This document shows positions 43,529 to 56,700 of a stretch of DNA of 64,000 nt, in pieces; within the stretch, counting starts at the first letter, position 1, and every line of letters begins with the position of its first letter. The notes below the pieces were generated by a model. The model was not told the DNA's origin and ran no database searches. It saw only the letters and a program-made list of their open reading frames with translations. Source of the DNA: Zancudomyces culisetae HAW-14-8 (lineage: Eukaryota; Fungi; Kickxellomycota); the NCBI GenBank assembly GCA_052426225.1, contig JBNJNM010000007.1:372001-436000 (forward strand), given 5' to 3'. Position numbers and translations under genes: made by a program.

Positions 43529-45209
43529 GATGTGTGTGGGCTTGCTAGATACTGTTTTTTTATTTATTTTTATTTTTCAATTTTGGCAATATATCGCAAG
43601 TTGCTGGTGTAAAGGCCCATTTACGAAGATTCAAAAAACAATCCTATATAGAAAGCAAAACGAATAAGGAGATGAGATGAGATGAGATGAGATGAACGAG
43701 AAATATGGACCCATCTAATTTTTATAAAATACATCAAAATATAATTTCAGCATTTTATTTAAAGTCATAATGCTATTGATACAAGAGATGTGGTAATATC
43801 CAGCTCGCAGTGTACAATAAATGTATAATATTATTTCCAATTGAAGTTTTTCAATGTTTTAAAGTTGAGTGTATCTTTAAGAATGTGAAAAAGGGAGTTG
43901 TGACTTATTACTACACTAATATAATAAAGTAACGATGATGTACCATACAATCCAAACGATTAATTTACTATTTGATTCATGTCTTGTAGATGGAATAGAA
44001 TTGCTAGTATAATTATAGTGTCAAGTAGTCAACTATTAAATAATATATATAGCCATAAAGAACAAAGAAAAGGTTTTTCAAACGGTTTATAAAAATAACG
44101 GGCCCTGCCAATTTCAATGGTTTGGAACAAGAAAGGTTGGAAAGGTTGGAAAGGTAAGTGTGTGGACAACAGTTTATTCATTTATTTGAATTATATTCTG
44201 AAATCATAGGATACCCCCGTTCCCTTCGTCGTCCCCCTCGTCCTTCCCTTTTTCTTCTTTGACCATAATTTCATAAAGATATTTTGGTAAACGCATATTA
44301 CTTTATACAATAGTAGTAAAAAAAAAAGAGAATATATTGGGTTGGTGGGTTGGTGGGTTGGTGGGGTGAACGGATGTGGAACATTCATTTCCCCTTTATG
44401 TGTATATGAAATATGGATATTTGAAATTTTAATCTAAAAAAATAAAGAGAAAAGATAATGATATTGATATTGATATTGATATTGACAATGAATAGTAATC
44501 GAACCCACCACCCCTTCCCACTCTTTCCTAGTCCTTCCCCCTTCTTCCACATCATCTTCATCTTTTTTTTTTTGCAAAATATAGCAATATATATATATAC
44601 ATATATATTTTTAAAAAAGGTGAAATTCAAAAAGAATAAAGTTTAAAAGTGAGGAGGGGGGAGGGGGGAGGGGAAGAGGAGTAGAGGGGAAAAAAGGAAG
44701 ATTGGAGATAATCCCTTGTATACATTTTTTATTTGTATCTTTTTTTTTTGTTTTTTTTGTTTTTTGTTTTTTTTGTTTTTTGTTTTTTTTGTTTTTTGCA
44801 TAAAATATACTTATTCTAACGACATGTGTATATTTATGCGATAAAAGTATAAAATATAAAATAAAAAATAAAAGCGGAGTTTATGTTTACCACTTTTTAT
44901 TTATATACAGTATATCTATTTTTGTTATGCATTGGATTACATTTTTCGTACCAAATGATTTGGCATGTATAATTTGAAGAGAGAAAAAACCAAATTATTC
45001 AATATCCGCATTTTTCAAGAAATAGTTATTTATTTATTTATTTACTTTGGTTTATTTTGGTTTATTTTCTGAACTAAAGAATGAACATTTAGGTAAAATA
45101 AATGCAACTAGCATAATTCAATACTAAATCGGGGAGGGAGAGGGAGAAGGATAGGTAGAGGGAGATGGGGAGGGTGGATTTTAAAAACACTAAAACCATT
45201 CACATTCAC

Positions 45210-45278
45210 ATTCCTATTCCTATTCCTATTCCTATTCCTATTCCTATTCCTATTCCTATTCCTATTCCTATTCCTATT
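45210..45278. repeat. (TTCCTA)n microsatellite; also (GATAGT)n 45597-45630 and (GAGAT)n ~43668-43693
   Basis: Perfect short tandem repeats, read directly. Confidence 0.9.
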
Positions 45279-45498
45279 CGTATTCGTATTTAAATCCAAA
45301 TTGCTTTGCTTTGCATTGCTTTGCTTGTTTTATTTAAATATATCGGAGGAGGTTTTTTGTTTAGAAAATATAACAAGAAATAATAATTAATCAAGTAAAA
45401 ATAATACAAATAAAAATACAAAAAAAAGAGGAATAGCATAGTAATAATAATAGTAATAGTAATAGTAAGATTTTTAGTAAAGAGTAAGATAATAGGAA

Positions 45499-46926
45499 AT
45501 GGACAGGGTAGAATTTGAAAATGCGGTGGCAATTGAACAACCGTTTCTTAGGGTAAACTAGTCGAATTTAAAATAAATTTATTTAATAAACAATAGTGAT
45601 AGTGATAGTGATAGTGATAGTGATAGTGATAATACTAACGAGAATAATAAAAATCTAATGGGATAGATTTCGGTGGAAAGACTAAAACAAAAAGTCAGAC
45701 AGTCACAACGACAAATTGAGCGAGATATAAGTAAAATACAGAGCCTACTTAAAAAGATTGGACAGGAAGAAAAAGGAGAAGGTGAAGATATGGAGGGGGT
45801 TGAAGCAATAGGAGAAGGAGCACAAGAAAAACAACAAAAAAAGGAAAAAGAAATAGAGAGTGTGGTGCAAGTAGAAGACGAGATATTGAAGCAATTATAT
45901 GAAATGAAGACACGGGTTATTGAGAAAAAGCAAGAGGAAAGGGAGTTGGTTAGACAGATTAATGAGCGGGCACGGCGACTACAAGAACTTGAGGAGATTG
46001 ATTGGACAGGGTCGACAGAGTACATGAGGTGGGGGAATAGGAGGCTAGATCGGATTCTAGTAGATTATATGTTGAGAGAGGGATATGTGAACAGTACCAA
46101 GATGCTGTGTGAGGAGGCAGATGGAGACGGAGAGGGAGGGGGGCGGGGACAGGGGGAATTGCGGGAGTTTTCGGATGTGGAGCATTTTCGAGAGATATAT
46201 GAGATTGAACGGTCATTGGTAGAGGGTAAGCGGTGTGAGGAGTGTTTACAGTGGTGTATGGAGAACCGAACGAGTTTGAAAAAGATGCAGGTGATGCTGG
46301 AGTATGAGTTGCGGATTCAAGAGTTTGTAGAGCTGGCGAGGGCGGGGAAACGGGAGGAGGGGATAGAATATGCGAAAAAGTATTTGCGACAAGAGTGGGG
46401 AGGGAATGAGAGGCAGAGGGAGCAGTTTAAGCAGGCAATGACGTTATTGGTGGTTCGACCAGATACAAGGAGTCAGAGGTACAAGACACTGTATAGTGAT
46501 GGGCGATGGAGAGAGTTAGCAAAGTTATTCCGGCAAGCGGTGTATAGTATTGATGGGATTCCGACACAGCCGTTGTTGTATTTGGTATTGAAGACAGGGT
46601 TATCGAGTCTGAAGACGTATAGTTGTTTTAAGGATGAGATTGGAGAGGATTATAATATAAATTGCCCAGTATGTGAGCGAGAAGGAATGGGAGAGTTGGC
46701 AAAGGAATTACCATATTCATATCATATTAATTCATCGTTGGTGTGTAGAATAAGTGGGAAAAAGATGAATGAAGATAACCCGCCATACCGACTACCTAAT
46801 GGAAATGTGTATTCGTATGAGGCGTTGAAAGAAATGGCAGAAAGGTCAGCTACGGGCAAAGTGGTATGTCCTAGAACAGGCGATAATTATTTATTTAGGG
46901 ATTGTAAAAAATTATATATATTTTGA
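45499..46926 (+). CDS. FYV10: GID/CTLH E3 ligase subunit Fyv10/MAEA
   Basis: Exon 1 MDRVEFENAVAIEQPFLR (45499-45552), intron 45553-45666. LisH RLDRILVDYMLREGY, CTLH LEYELRIQEFVEL, degenerate RING CPVC...LPYSYH..SLVCRISG...CPRT. Confidence 0.92.
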
Positions 46927-49900
46927 GAAAACAGAAAGCGAGCACGCAGGGAAGAAGAGTCGATGCAGAAGTATAGGCGGTTGAGGGAAGGAGAGGTGGG
47001 AGAAGTGGAGGGAGACGGAGAGGAAAAGATAAATTCACGACGGATCAAGGCTTTATGGACTTGCGAGCCAAAGCGAGAGACAAGAGCCTTGAGGACAAGT
47101 TTACGGTCACGAACGGAGACTTGGGAGTTGGCGAGTAGCAGGGAAACCAGGCAGAACTGAGAGGGGAAGACGTGGAGCAGCGAGACGGCGCGGCCTAGAA
47201 GGATTTCGAGGCGTTCGAGGAGGTCAACTAGGCGGGCGAGGGGCGAGGAGAGGAGGTCGTCGAGCAGTAGCGGAACGGAGTAAGCAGGAGGATTAGCAGA
47301 GGAAGCCAAGACGCGGTGTTGGAGAGAAGAGTGGGAATGGGTGAAGAGAGCAAGGATATGGGAGGCAAGGTCGTTGAGGGCGGGGAGGTAGTTGAGGCGG
47401 GAGAGAAGCGGTAGTTGGTGGAACAGGCAGTCGTAAATGACAGCTAAAACGGTGGGGAACAGCAAGTCAACAAGCAGGGCGCCGTTGATGGTGGCGAGGA
47501 AATCAAGCGCAGCAGAGCTTTCGGCGTGGACATCGAATAGAGGAGGCTGGCGAGCAGCAGGAATGCGGCGGGCACGGGTCCACAGCGCATCCCACAGGTT
47601 GTTGTGCTGGGCTTTCATGCGAGCGCTGAGCTGGCCGGACGAATCGACGTCCTTTGGAGAGTGCCAACGCACAAAATCGACGAGCTGGCAGCCGGGGTTG
47701 GCCGCCTTAAACGCCTGCATGTCGCTAAACAGCTCGGGTGTTTGGAGCTGCATACGTTTGCTGCTATTGCTGCCCAGCCGCAGCAGCTGGTCTTGGCGGG
47801 CCTGGATCATATCTTCGGTGTACAGTGCTGGCTGCTGCGTCACTGGAATCCATACTGGCGTGGCTCCATCGCTGTGCAGGTACTGGCCGGTGCTGATCCG
47901 CAGCCGACCACTGTGTTCGTGTGGATCGCTGAGTTCTTCTGCTTTATGGTTGTTTATCATTAGAAACTCGGAGGTTAGCGGCGATGTTGGGTCTTGGTAT
48001 GTGTTGATGTCTTTGTTGATATTTTCGGCACTGCTGGTATTGCTTGGTGGGTGTAGACTTTCAAAACTGCCAATGGCTTCCTCAAGTGAATTGGTGGGTG
48101 ATTTATGTGGATGCTTGTTTGTATTGATTTCTATTCCGCCCATCTTTTTATTATTCTTGTTATTATTATTCTTGTTTTTGTTAATTCGGTAAATACAATG
48201 ATCAATCAAATCAATCTTTTGTTGAATAATATTATATTTCAAATCGATTCCCTCAAACTCTTTCTCATCTCGTTGTTCCAGAGCTACAATCTCTACATCT
48301 ATTCCCTTTCCCTTCTCTATACACTCCTCCAGCTTATCAAGAAACTTACTCCACAAAACCTCCGCAAATCCCATAATCGACGAGATTCTCCAGTACTCTG
48401 GCGAATACCGTGCTGTATTACTCAGCAACTCGCACACCATATTCCACAACACACCCTTGTACTTGACCACCATTCCATGCGGTGCCTTGCTGAGTAATTG
48501 TTTTGTTGATATATACGCAGATTTATCTATATCTTGCTTCTCTCCCCGACTTCCACCACTTTCACCACTTACTTTTTGTTTTTCCTTATCGCCATCATTG
48601 TTTTCTACTGTAAAGATCCTTTCAACTATTCGACTTACTAATTCGTTATACCCGGATTCTCGATACATCCCATTCATTCGCCTCCTAACACTATCTCCAG
48701 TTCCAACTACATCTCCATAACTATAACCATAACCATAGCCATAACTATAACTATAACTATACCTATCACTTGAATATTTCTGTTTCTCACTAGCATAGCA
48801 TCCCAATAAATCCTCCAATACCTCCGTCAACATCGTACGTTCCTTATTACTTGCCAAAAACTTGGCTAATAATGTCCAACTACTTGCACTCTTTAAGTAC
48901 AAATGCTCAACATTTTCTACGCCTCCGTAATCTTTTCCCATTCTACTATTAACTCTGGATCTTATGTTGGAATTGGAATTCGAATTCGAATTGGAACTCA
49001 TATTCATATTCATATTGGTATCACCATACCCTGATTGGAATTCTCGTATATATTCCTTACACTTACTCCTTTTATAAAATGCCACAAGTCCCAAATACTG
49101 CAATGGATCATTCATTGGTCCCACAAGTATCCCATTCACCTCTTTACTAAATATCACCTCTCCCCCATCCGGCATCTGCATGTCATCATTCCATCCGTCA
49201 TCATATCGGTTTCGAATTTTATGCGTATACGCCGCTGTCATTTCCACCTCCTCCAATATCTCGTTATCTATATCTCCCATACCGCCATTACCAACCGGGT
49301 TATTACTCTTTCCCACCCGCTTATAATACTCTTTTATCATTTCCTCTATATTACACAATTTTTTCGGTATTCTATCTACTGTCGCTCCTTCATAAACTAT
49401 CTCTGTCTTTTCTACACTTTCCAGAATATCCACATTTTTATTATTATTATTACTATTTTTACTATTAGCCATGTGTATTATACTTTTTCTTCCCATAAAT
49501 TGATATTTCCACCCTTCTCCTTCTGGTACAAAATATGATAGTATACACCTAACATTTTGACACGCAACATTCAGTGCTGACATTAGCATTTTCCCTGTAT
49601 CCTTTGATATTATAAAACTATCCTTTTTCAACGCCTTCAATATATAACTTGCTTCAATCCCTCTTCTCTTTTCTCCATTATCTTTACTCTTCTTCTTCTT
49701 CCTCCCTCGATTTAATCTTTTTTCTTGTTCGTATCCTTCAAGTTCGCTCTTGTACCCATACTCGTTATTTTCTTTTACTTTTTCTTCATATTCCCCCTTT
49801 TCTTCTTCTTCCCTTTCTTCTTCCCCTTCTTCCTCTTCTTCCTCTTCTTCTTTCTCATCATTATCATTATCATTATCATTATCATCTTCTCGTCCCTCTT

Positions 49901-50678
49901 CCACCATCCCTTCATACCACAAACTAATAAATCTAGCTTCTCCACTCCACCGATGTAACGGATGTAACCCTGGCCACATATTATTCCCATACTCCTCTGT
50001 TTCATCCAACCGGTTCTGCTGCATTTCAAAATCATTTATATATATACTCGGAAAGTACTTTTCCAGCGCATCAACTTCTCCCCCTACTCTTCCCTTTACC
50101 CCATCTACCTGACTATTATTTTTCCTTTCCAGTGTTGGATGTCGATGCAATAATAACAAATACTTGGTATTTCCCAACTTGACTCGTTCTCCCATAATAC
50201 TCCACTCTGTAACCAACAATATCTTTTCCTCCAAGCTTAGCCTTACCTCCTCCTTATTTTCCTTTTCCTTTTCCTTTTCTTTCGCCTTGTTTTTATGTTT
50301 GTGTCCACATTTTTTCTTTTGTTTATATTGTTCATTTATTAATTTCAAAACATAATCCGTATCAATATCAACATCAATATTCAATCCTGAACCTGTTTCT
50401 AATCTTGATTTTGAAATGTCATGAACATTTTCAAAACCCAAACTACCTTCTCCACCTTTGCCAATTTCCTTGTTGATGTAACTGCTACCATTGTCTGTAC
50501 TTACACTTGCACTTGTGTTGCTTTCTATAGTGGTCTCGGTTTGATTGTCACCAAAATCACCATATCCTCCATCATTCACTTTCCATTTAGTCAATACTCG
50601 CTCTATATCAAACACAAATTTTTCCCAAATTGAAGCTGTTGTATAATCGATTATTTCGTATTGTTCGTCTTCTTCCAT
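46887..50678 (-). CDS. RAB3GAP1: Rab3 GTPase-activating protein catalytic subunit
   Basis: DYTTASIWEKFV N-terminal motif; LFSDMQAFKAANPGCQLVDFVRWHSPKD; LW..A..IPA..Q.PLFD. Confidence 0.9.
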   Translation of the reverse strand: MEEDEQYEIIDYTTASIWEKFVFDIERVLTKWKVNDGGYGDFGDNQTETTIESNTSASVSTDNGSSYINKEIGKGGEGSLGFENVHDISKSRLETGSGLNIDVDIDTDYVLKLINEQYKQKKKCGHKHKNKAKEKEKEKENKEEVRLSLEEKILLVTEWSIMGERVKLGNTKYLLLLHRHPTLERKNNSQVDGVKGRVGGEVDALEKYFPSIYINDFEMQQNRLDETEEYGNNMWPGLHPLHRWSGEARFISLWYEGMVEEGREDDNDNDNDNDEKEEEEEEEEGEEEREEEEKGEYEEKVKENNEYGYKSELEGYEQEKRLNRGRKKKKSKDNGEKRRGIEASYILKALKKDSFIISKDTGKMLMSALNVACQNVRCILSYFVPEGEGWKYQFMGRKSIIHMANSKNSNNNNKNVDILESVEKTEIVYEGATVDRIPKKLCNIEEMIKEYYKRVGKSNNPVGNGGMGDIDNEILEEVEMTAAYTHKIRNRYDDGWNDDMQMPDGGEVIFSKEVNGILVGPMNDPLQYLGLVAFYKRSKCKEYIREFQSGYGDTNMNMNMSSNSNSNSNSNIRSRVNSRMGKDYGGVENVEHLYLKSASSWTLLAKFLASNKERTMLTEVLEDLLGCYASEKQKYSSDRYSYSYSYGYGYGYSYGDVVGTGDSVRRRMNGMYRESGYNELVSRIVERIFTVENNDGDKEKQKVSGESGGSRGEKQDIDKSAYISTKQLLSKAPHGMVVKYKGVLWNMVCELLSNTARYSPEYWRISSIMGFAEVLWSKFLDKLEECIEKGKGIDVEIVALEQRDEKEFEGIDLKYNIIQQKIDLIDHCIYRINKNKNNNNKNNKKMGGIEINTNKHPHKSPTNSLEEAIGSFESLHPPSNTSSAENINKDINTYQDPTSPLTSEFLMINNHKAEELSDPHEHSGRLRISTGQYLHSDGATPVWIPVTQQPALYTEDMIQARQDQLLRLGSNSSKRMQLQTPELFSDMQAFKAANPGCQLVDFVRWHSPKDVDSSGQLSARMKAQHNNLWDALWTRARRIPAARQPPLFDVHAESSAALDFLATINGALLVDLLFPTVLAVIYDCLFHQLPLLSRLNYLPALNDLASHILALFTHSHSSLQHRVLASSANPPAYSVPLLLDDLLSSPLARLVDLLERLEILLGRAVSLLHVFPSQFCLVSLLLANSQVSVRDRKLVLKALVSRFGSQVHKALIRREFIFSSPSPSTSPTSPSLNRLYFCIDSSSLRARFLFSQNIYNFLQSLNK

Positions 50679-52622
50679 ACTTTCTTTACTTTTCCCTTCC
50701 TTTTACTCGTAGTGTGTGATGTATTTATGTGTTGTTATTCGCACCCTCCTATTCCTGAATAAATTTAAAGTGGATTCTTTTTATGGTTTTTGTTTAGTAC
50801 CAATCCCCTTCTCTTCTTTTCTCTTCTTTTCTTTTCCTTTTTGTTTAACACTATCAGGTTTAGTTTTTCAATAACCTGCCTTTTCTCTATTTATTTCTTC
50901 GCTTTTAATATGTACTAAAGAAAAACAAATGTTCTGTATTATTAATGTAATATAATATGGCAATATACATAAGCAATATATAATAGTTGTTGTTTGTTCA
51001 AAACCACTTTATCCACCACACATTTGACCCATTGCAGAAATTCACTCGTTATTTTTTTTTTTCTTCTCCAATTCCAATTTCTATTTTTGGCAAGTTGGTA
51101 TTTATTCTCAGCAAACACATCCCCCGCCCCCGCCCCCGCCCCCGCCCCCACTCTTCCCTACTCTCCAATCCACTCAAACGAATACAAAAACAAGAACAAA
51201 AACAAATCCAAAAGCATATTCATAGAAAATGTCAAACCCTGTTTTCCTTCCTTTACTCGCTCACCACACTTCCCATCCCATCCCATCCCCCCACTCTTAT
51301 TTCTTTCAACAAAACTTAACCACTCGTAGTATATGTACATACTTTTCAGTTTATTACATTTATACATACAACCAATATTTTCTTTCTATTAAAACCAGCC
51401 TTTCAAAAACCAAGACAATATAAAATAAGATAATAAAGATGTGCAAATGAACAAAGTGTATATGCTATTTTATTGGTATTAATTACAAACTATCATAAAT
51501 TAGGTGACATATACGCTGTTCAAGCTATATAAACTTATTGACAGGAGGAAGAAAAATAGAGTATCTTTAATTTTCTTTTCAAGTACTTGGAGTAGTATAT
51601 CACTTTCTTGTTACATTTTGCTAGGTGAAAACTATCCACTTCTTTCCCCTGACAAGAATTGACAAAAAAAAAGTGATATACCAACATACAACCAATTCTA
51701 TTCCCTCTTTACATCATCCTTGTTGTTGACAGTTACAAATGCGTAGATTCCAATCAGAACAAACCCAATGCAACCTAGTATGTTTACCAAATTGTATAAT
51801 TCGTCGTCGGTAATCATTTTCCTTTTGTTTCCTTCTCTATCAAATAGTATTTTCTAACATTAAACAATTTTCTTCTCGATAATCGCTTTTTCAGCTTTAA
51901 TAATATATTTATATTCGATAAATGATGTTTTTTTTACCGTTTGTCCTAAGCCGTTTGAAATATAAAGAATACTTGTATTGAGTAAAAAAAAAAGGGAAAA
52001 GGTTACAGAATATATCCAAGCCTTTTTATTTAAACCCGAATTTATTCTTTTTCGTATTCTAAATTGGAATAAAACTAGTACTAATAAAAAACGCTGGAAA
52101 ATGAAAACATTTACTCATCATTTTTGGAAGTTTAATGTCCTGTTTAATTTCGTTTTTTTAATTTGATGATATGCAAGTAATTGATTTGCTGAATAATCCC
52201 AATCCCATACCTTTCAATAATACAAAATCAAAGAAAAAAGCAGTAAAAAACGCGTTTGTTAAATGTGTGTGTATGTGTAGAGTAAATATTTATTCAATAA
52301 TTAAAGTTTATGTACCATACTAAAAATACTACCGCAGTCGGGGGGAAAAGGAGGAAAAACGGAGAAGAAAAAGGTGAGAGGAGGAGTGAAAAGAAGATGA
52401 AGAATAAATATCACCATGCCCTAAATAAAAAAATGTAAATGTGTGTGAATGTGAGTGTAAAGAAAATTGAGAATAAAGGAATTTTCAAGGTAGCAAAATG
52501 TTGAAGAGATGAGAAGAGGTCGGAGTGGAGTGGAGTGGAGTGAGAAAAAAACAATCGAAAAAAAAAGGATGGGGATATGGGTGATAAATAAAGAAAAGAC
52601 CCAACAGATCTTTATTTCCTTT

Positions 52623-53780
52623 CTATTCCGACTTGGACCTCAGTGACTTGTTTTCCTTTTTTAGCTGTGCAATTTGGTCTTGTAATTCACTAATTTTCTT
52701 TTCATACTCGTCGCGCACGACCTTGACATCCACGCCAATAAGAGCTTCTTGCTCCTGCAGCTTGGTGATATACAACACAGCCTGGTGCAGAATTGTTCCT
52801 TTGTTTTTACCGCAATCTGGCACAATCTTCGATAACTGGTCAACTCCCGCATTAATGTGTTCTCGACGCCGCCTCTCAACCTTTTTATGGCTCTCACGCC
52901 TTGCAAGCTCCCATGCTGGGCTTCCTACTGGTGGTCGTACGGATGATGATGATGATGATGATGATAAAGTATTGGCAATTTCGGTTGCGGACGGTGATTC
53001 TGCAGCTGCAGCTGCCACCGCTGCGATGGTAGCACCTTCTCTACTAGGTATTGCTCTGGCAATCAATGGGGTGTTTTGTAAATCTATTTCTTGAGTATCT
53101 CCGTTTCTATAAACCGAATATAAAAACAATTTAAGTTTTTATTCTTTTCTAGTTGTCACATTGCTGTTTTTAATACTGAGCAAAGTACTTTTGATACTTT
53201 TCATAATACCCAGTTTTCAGTGTATAAGTGGTGGTAGTGGCAGAAACAAAGTGAAATTATCGAAATAAAAAGCAAAAACAAGAAAAAGAAAAAAGAAAAA
53301 GGGCGATAGCTTACGTCATATTTTCAACAAGATCCGTTAATTTCATTCTCTTTCTAGAGTTGCTTTGAGTTCCGTTTAGTTTTATAGCACCGTCTTCAGG
53401 ATCTTCTGTATTTATAGTCTTTGGAAGAATTGGTCGACTCTATGTATATAATATTATTCAACAACAAAGTTTGAGTTTTAGAAAATATTCATGGGTGATA
53501 TATACCACGTTAATTCATTCTAGTTTTATAAAGCCATCACACTTCCCCTTTATTCATTTGCTAAGTCATAAAAAAGAGAAGTCATACTTACAGTCTTGGC
53601 TTCATCAGCAGACAATTCAGATCTTGCTTCCCGCTTACTATGTTTGTTTGAGTCCTTCTTCTCCTTGCTCGACTTCTTCTTTTTCCCATTCGAGTGTTTC
53701 GAGCTATCGGATGCTAGTGAAAATGAACCCAGGATCTTCCCTGCTTCTACACTTTCGCTTGTCATTTCGAAAACACTCAT
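52623..53780 (-). CDS. CBF1: Cbf1-like bHLH transcription factor (3 predicted exons: 53780-53592, 53439-53315, 53106-52623)
   Basis: PPVGSPAW..ARRESHKKVERRRREHIN...KNKGTILHQAV. GTAAG donors and TAG acceptors keep the frame. Confidence 0.82.
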
Positions 53781-56700
53781 TTTTTATGCTATTTGATCCT
53801 TCAGTCCTAAATTCACCCTATTTGAAATAATCAATTGACGAATTTTCGATATTATGATATACTGTGTAACATGAATTGGTACTAATATTTGTTGATAAAC
53901 AATGAACAGATACCACACGCATCATTTCAAGCTGTGCACATAAAAAGATCAAGATGCACACAAGAATAACAAAAAAACATAAATAAATAAAGCATTTAAG
54001 AGCTGGTTCGATTACATGGGATGTTAATATCAATGTGATTCTAAAAATCGCGACTTGTCACCCCCTGTTATCGTAAATACCGAGCTCAAGAATACCAGTA
54101 TAACAGTATACGATTGTATCATGGCTTGAGTTTGCAAAGGTGTCGATAAATCATCCCTTTCATCCCTCTCTCCCCCCCCAAAAAACATAATAGCACATAT
54201 CCATGCAACTAGTACAACTGCTATTGTTATCGTTCTTCTACCCATAGTATCCAAATAAAAGCATTTCTATCTAGTATTGCAAGATGACACTTACTATAAT
54301 CAATATCGATTCCCTTTTATATACAAAAGTATGTAATTCTTCTTTTCACGACACTATCCGATTTGTCTTTCGACTCAAAAAGGCTAGTGTTGAAAAGTAT
54401 AAACTTCTGAGTTAATTAATATCCCTCGAATATATGTTCGTAGGTCTAGGTCTATCCTGTACCTCACGTTTATCGTTTGATAAGTATATACAATTATTTA
54501 CTCGCTATAGTTGCGATGTTTATCAACTGAAGTTACTTTGGCTACGATTGTAGTTATACAGTGTTATAATTCAGGGATATCAATTGTACCTAAACTAATC
54601 TTAGTATCTAGTGTTTTTGGTTCTTCTTTCTGTTTTTTTTATAAAGAAAACCAGTATCTAGTTTAATTTGCTTTGATATATCTTTTTAGAAAAGTAAAAG
54701 GTTAAACAATAACAAAAAGTAGGTATAGGAAAATTTTGTGCTGATAGAAAATTTTTTGAAAACTGCTTGGATGAAAAAATAAAAAAGTCAAAAAATAAAT
54801 AGCAAAAACGTGACATGCGAAAGGTAATCAGGATATTTATATGTATTTCGTGCTTGAAAAAGAAAAATCCGAAAATAGTGCAAAACGAAGTAGACGAAAA
54901 AGGGAAATGGTAGTAAATCGATGCCCTATATTGCGAAAATAGCCAAGGGTAATGAATTTGCTGAGAATTGCTAGCAAATTGCAAACAAATACATAGCCTA
55001 AATTTGTACAAATTGAGGAACTATTTTCTATTAGTGGTATTTAAATCACATGTTTCAAAAGCATCAATACTATTCTCCAATAACTTTACGTGTATTTTCA
55101 GCCAGTAAACTTCATTACTAAAAAAAAATTTTTTTCGCATTTTCATGATGAAGTGAGTTTTTACAAATCACTAGACCTAAGGGTTATAGGGGTTAGTAAA
55201 TCGAACAGTTACATTGGTACAATGGGCTTTAAGTACGCTATTGCATGTTGTTATTTTCCATATTACCTAAAAACTACAAAAGAAAAGAATTGAGTCGAAA
55301 AGCACAGAAGCTCGCGGGCTCAACGTGTTTTTTTTCCAACATAAGACCACTTTAAACTTGAAGAAAAAAATTTTTTTTTGTGAAACATGGCAGGCAAACC
55401 CACCTACTAGATAATTGCATATCCAGTGAGAAGATAAAGTTTGTTACTTTTCCTATTTTATCTTTGCTCTTGTGCGTTTATACGTTTTTGATCATTGCTG
55501 GGCTTTGTGCAGATACCCATGCATCGGTATTGACAAAAAATAATCAATTTACTTCATTTTAATTTGCGTTTTCTTTATCAACCTCGTGATAATCCAACTT
55601 TTTTTCCCATTCCAATTTTTTTTTCGTATGATTTCTAAATTAAAAGCTCGATATTTCCTCAGTGCCAAATTCGCAGATTAAATTAACTTTTACGTTTTAC
55701 AAAACGTGAAAAACCAATAATATAGTCACGTGTGGGGTACATTCCTGCATTTTCAACCCCCTATTCCTCCCCCTTCCAAAAAAAGAGACAAAAAAGAGAC
55801 AAAAAAGAGTAAATAGCAAATCAAAAGCTACCTAAACGTTGCATTAAAAGCAACTACCTCCCTCTTTCAATCATCTTTTTTTATTTGAGGGGAGGGGAAG
55901 CGTTCTTCGAGTTGAGCAGATAACGGAATTTCAAGTCAAAAGCTGCATTTGTTGATGCACCCATTCGCATGGTCAAAAAAAGCGATAGACTAGTTGCAGT
56001 ATTGAAGACAGAACATTTCCCTGTAGATGCACTAAAAAAAATAGATTTCTGGAGCAAATAAGAATCATGAGCTTTGAGTTTGTGTTGCTACCAGTCATCT
56101 AGTGAGTGTTATGTTTGGATATGCCTTGCGTTGGTGGTATTAGCAAGTTGAACTTTGAGATAGAATTTCAGTTAAGACTTGATCTCGCCACTCACCACAG
56201 TAACAGTCACAAACCATAATCAAAACCACACAGTAAATAAAAGTGTGGTATAAACCAAATGATATATCTTTTGGAAAGTGAAATAGAAACATTACAAATC
56301 TCGGATGCCTATCCATATTTAAGGACCGTTTATAAAGTTGACGATTATAATCACATCCCGAAAAAGTACTAGAGGAGTTTTTTGGTTGAATAGTTATCTC
56401 GTTTTATTATCTGCTGTGATTATTGAGTAGGTTTTGTATAAACAAGCGGAGCAGGAGACCAAAACCAAAATTCGTAACAAAAATCCAGTTGAAACTGGTT
56501 TCGCAATTTTAGATAGTTTTTGAATACTCACCCATACCCATAAAATTTCCCAATTTACCAATGATGTTTATTTTTTTGGTTTATTTGTTATTACAAGTCA
56601 TTAAGAACAGACCAACATGTTTTGCTTTATACTCACATTTAGTTTAGTTTCTATTGTTTCACCAACACTTAAGGTACTCTAAAAAAAAATAAAAGGTTAC

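Noticed and set aside
47437-48192. 251-aa antisense ORF in RAB3GAP1 and other shadow ORFs
   Set aside because: Expected in GC-rich or low-complexity antisense frames; no recognisable motifs.
51121-51149. (CCCCCG)n and other G-run tracts as G-quadruplexes
   Set aside because: Part of a generally microsatellite-rich segment; no evidence of function.
53818-54254. Two short hydrophobic ORFs upstream of the CBF1-like gene
   Set aside because: Different frames, no recognisable homology and no convincing splice model.
55725-55732. GTCACGTG (Cbf1/CDEI site) about 2 kb upstream of the CBF1-like gene
   Set aside because: A single 8-mer with no CDEII/CDEIII arrangement; cannot be distinguished from chance.
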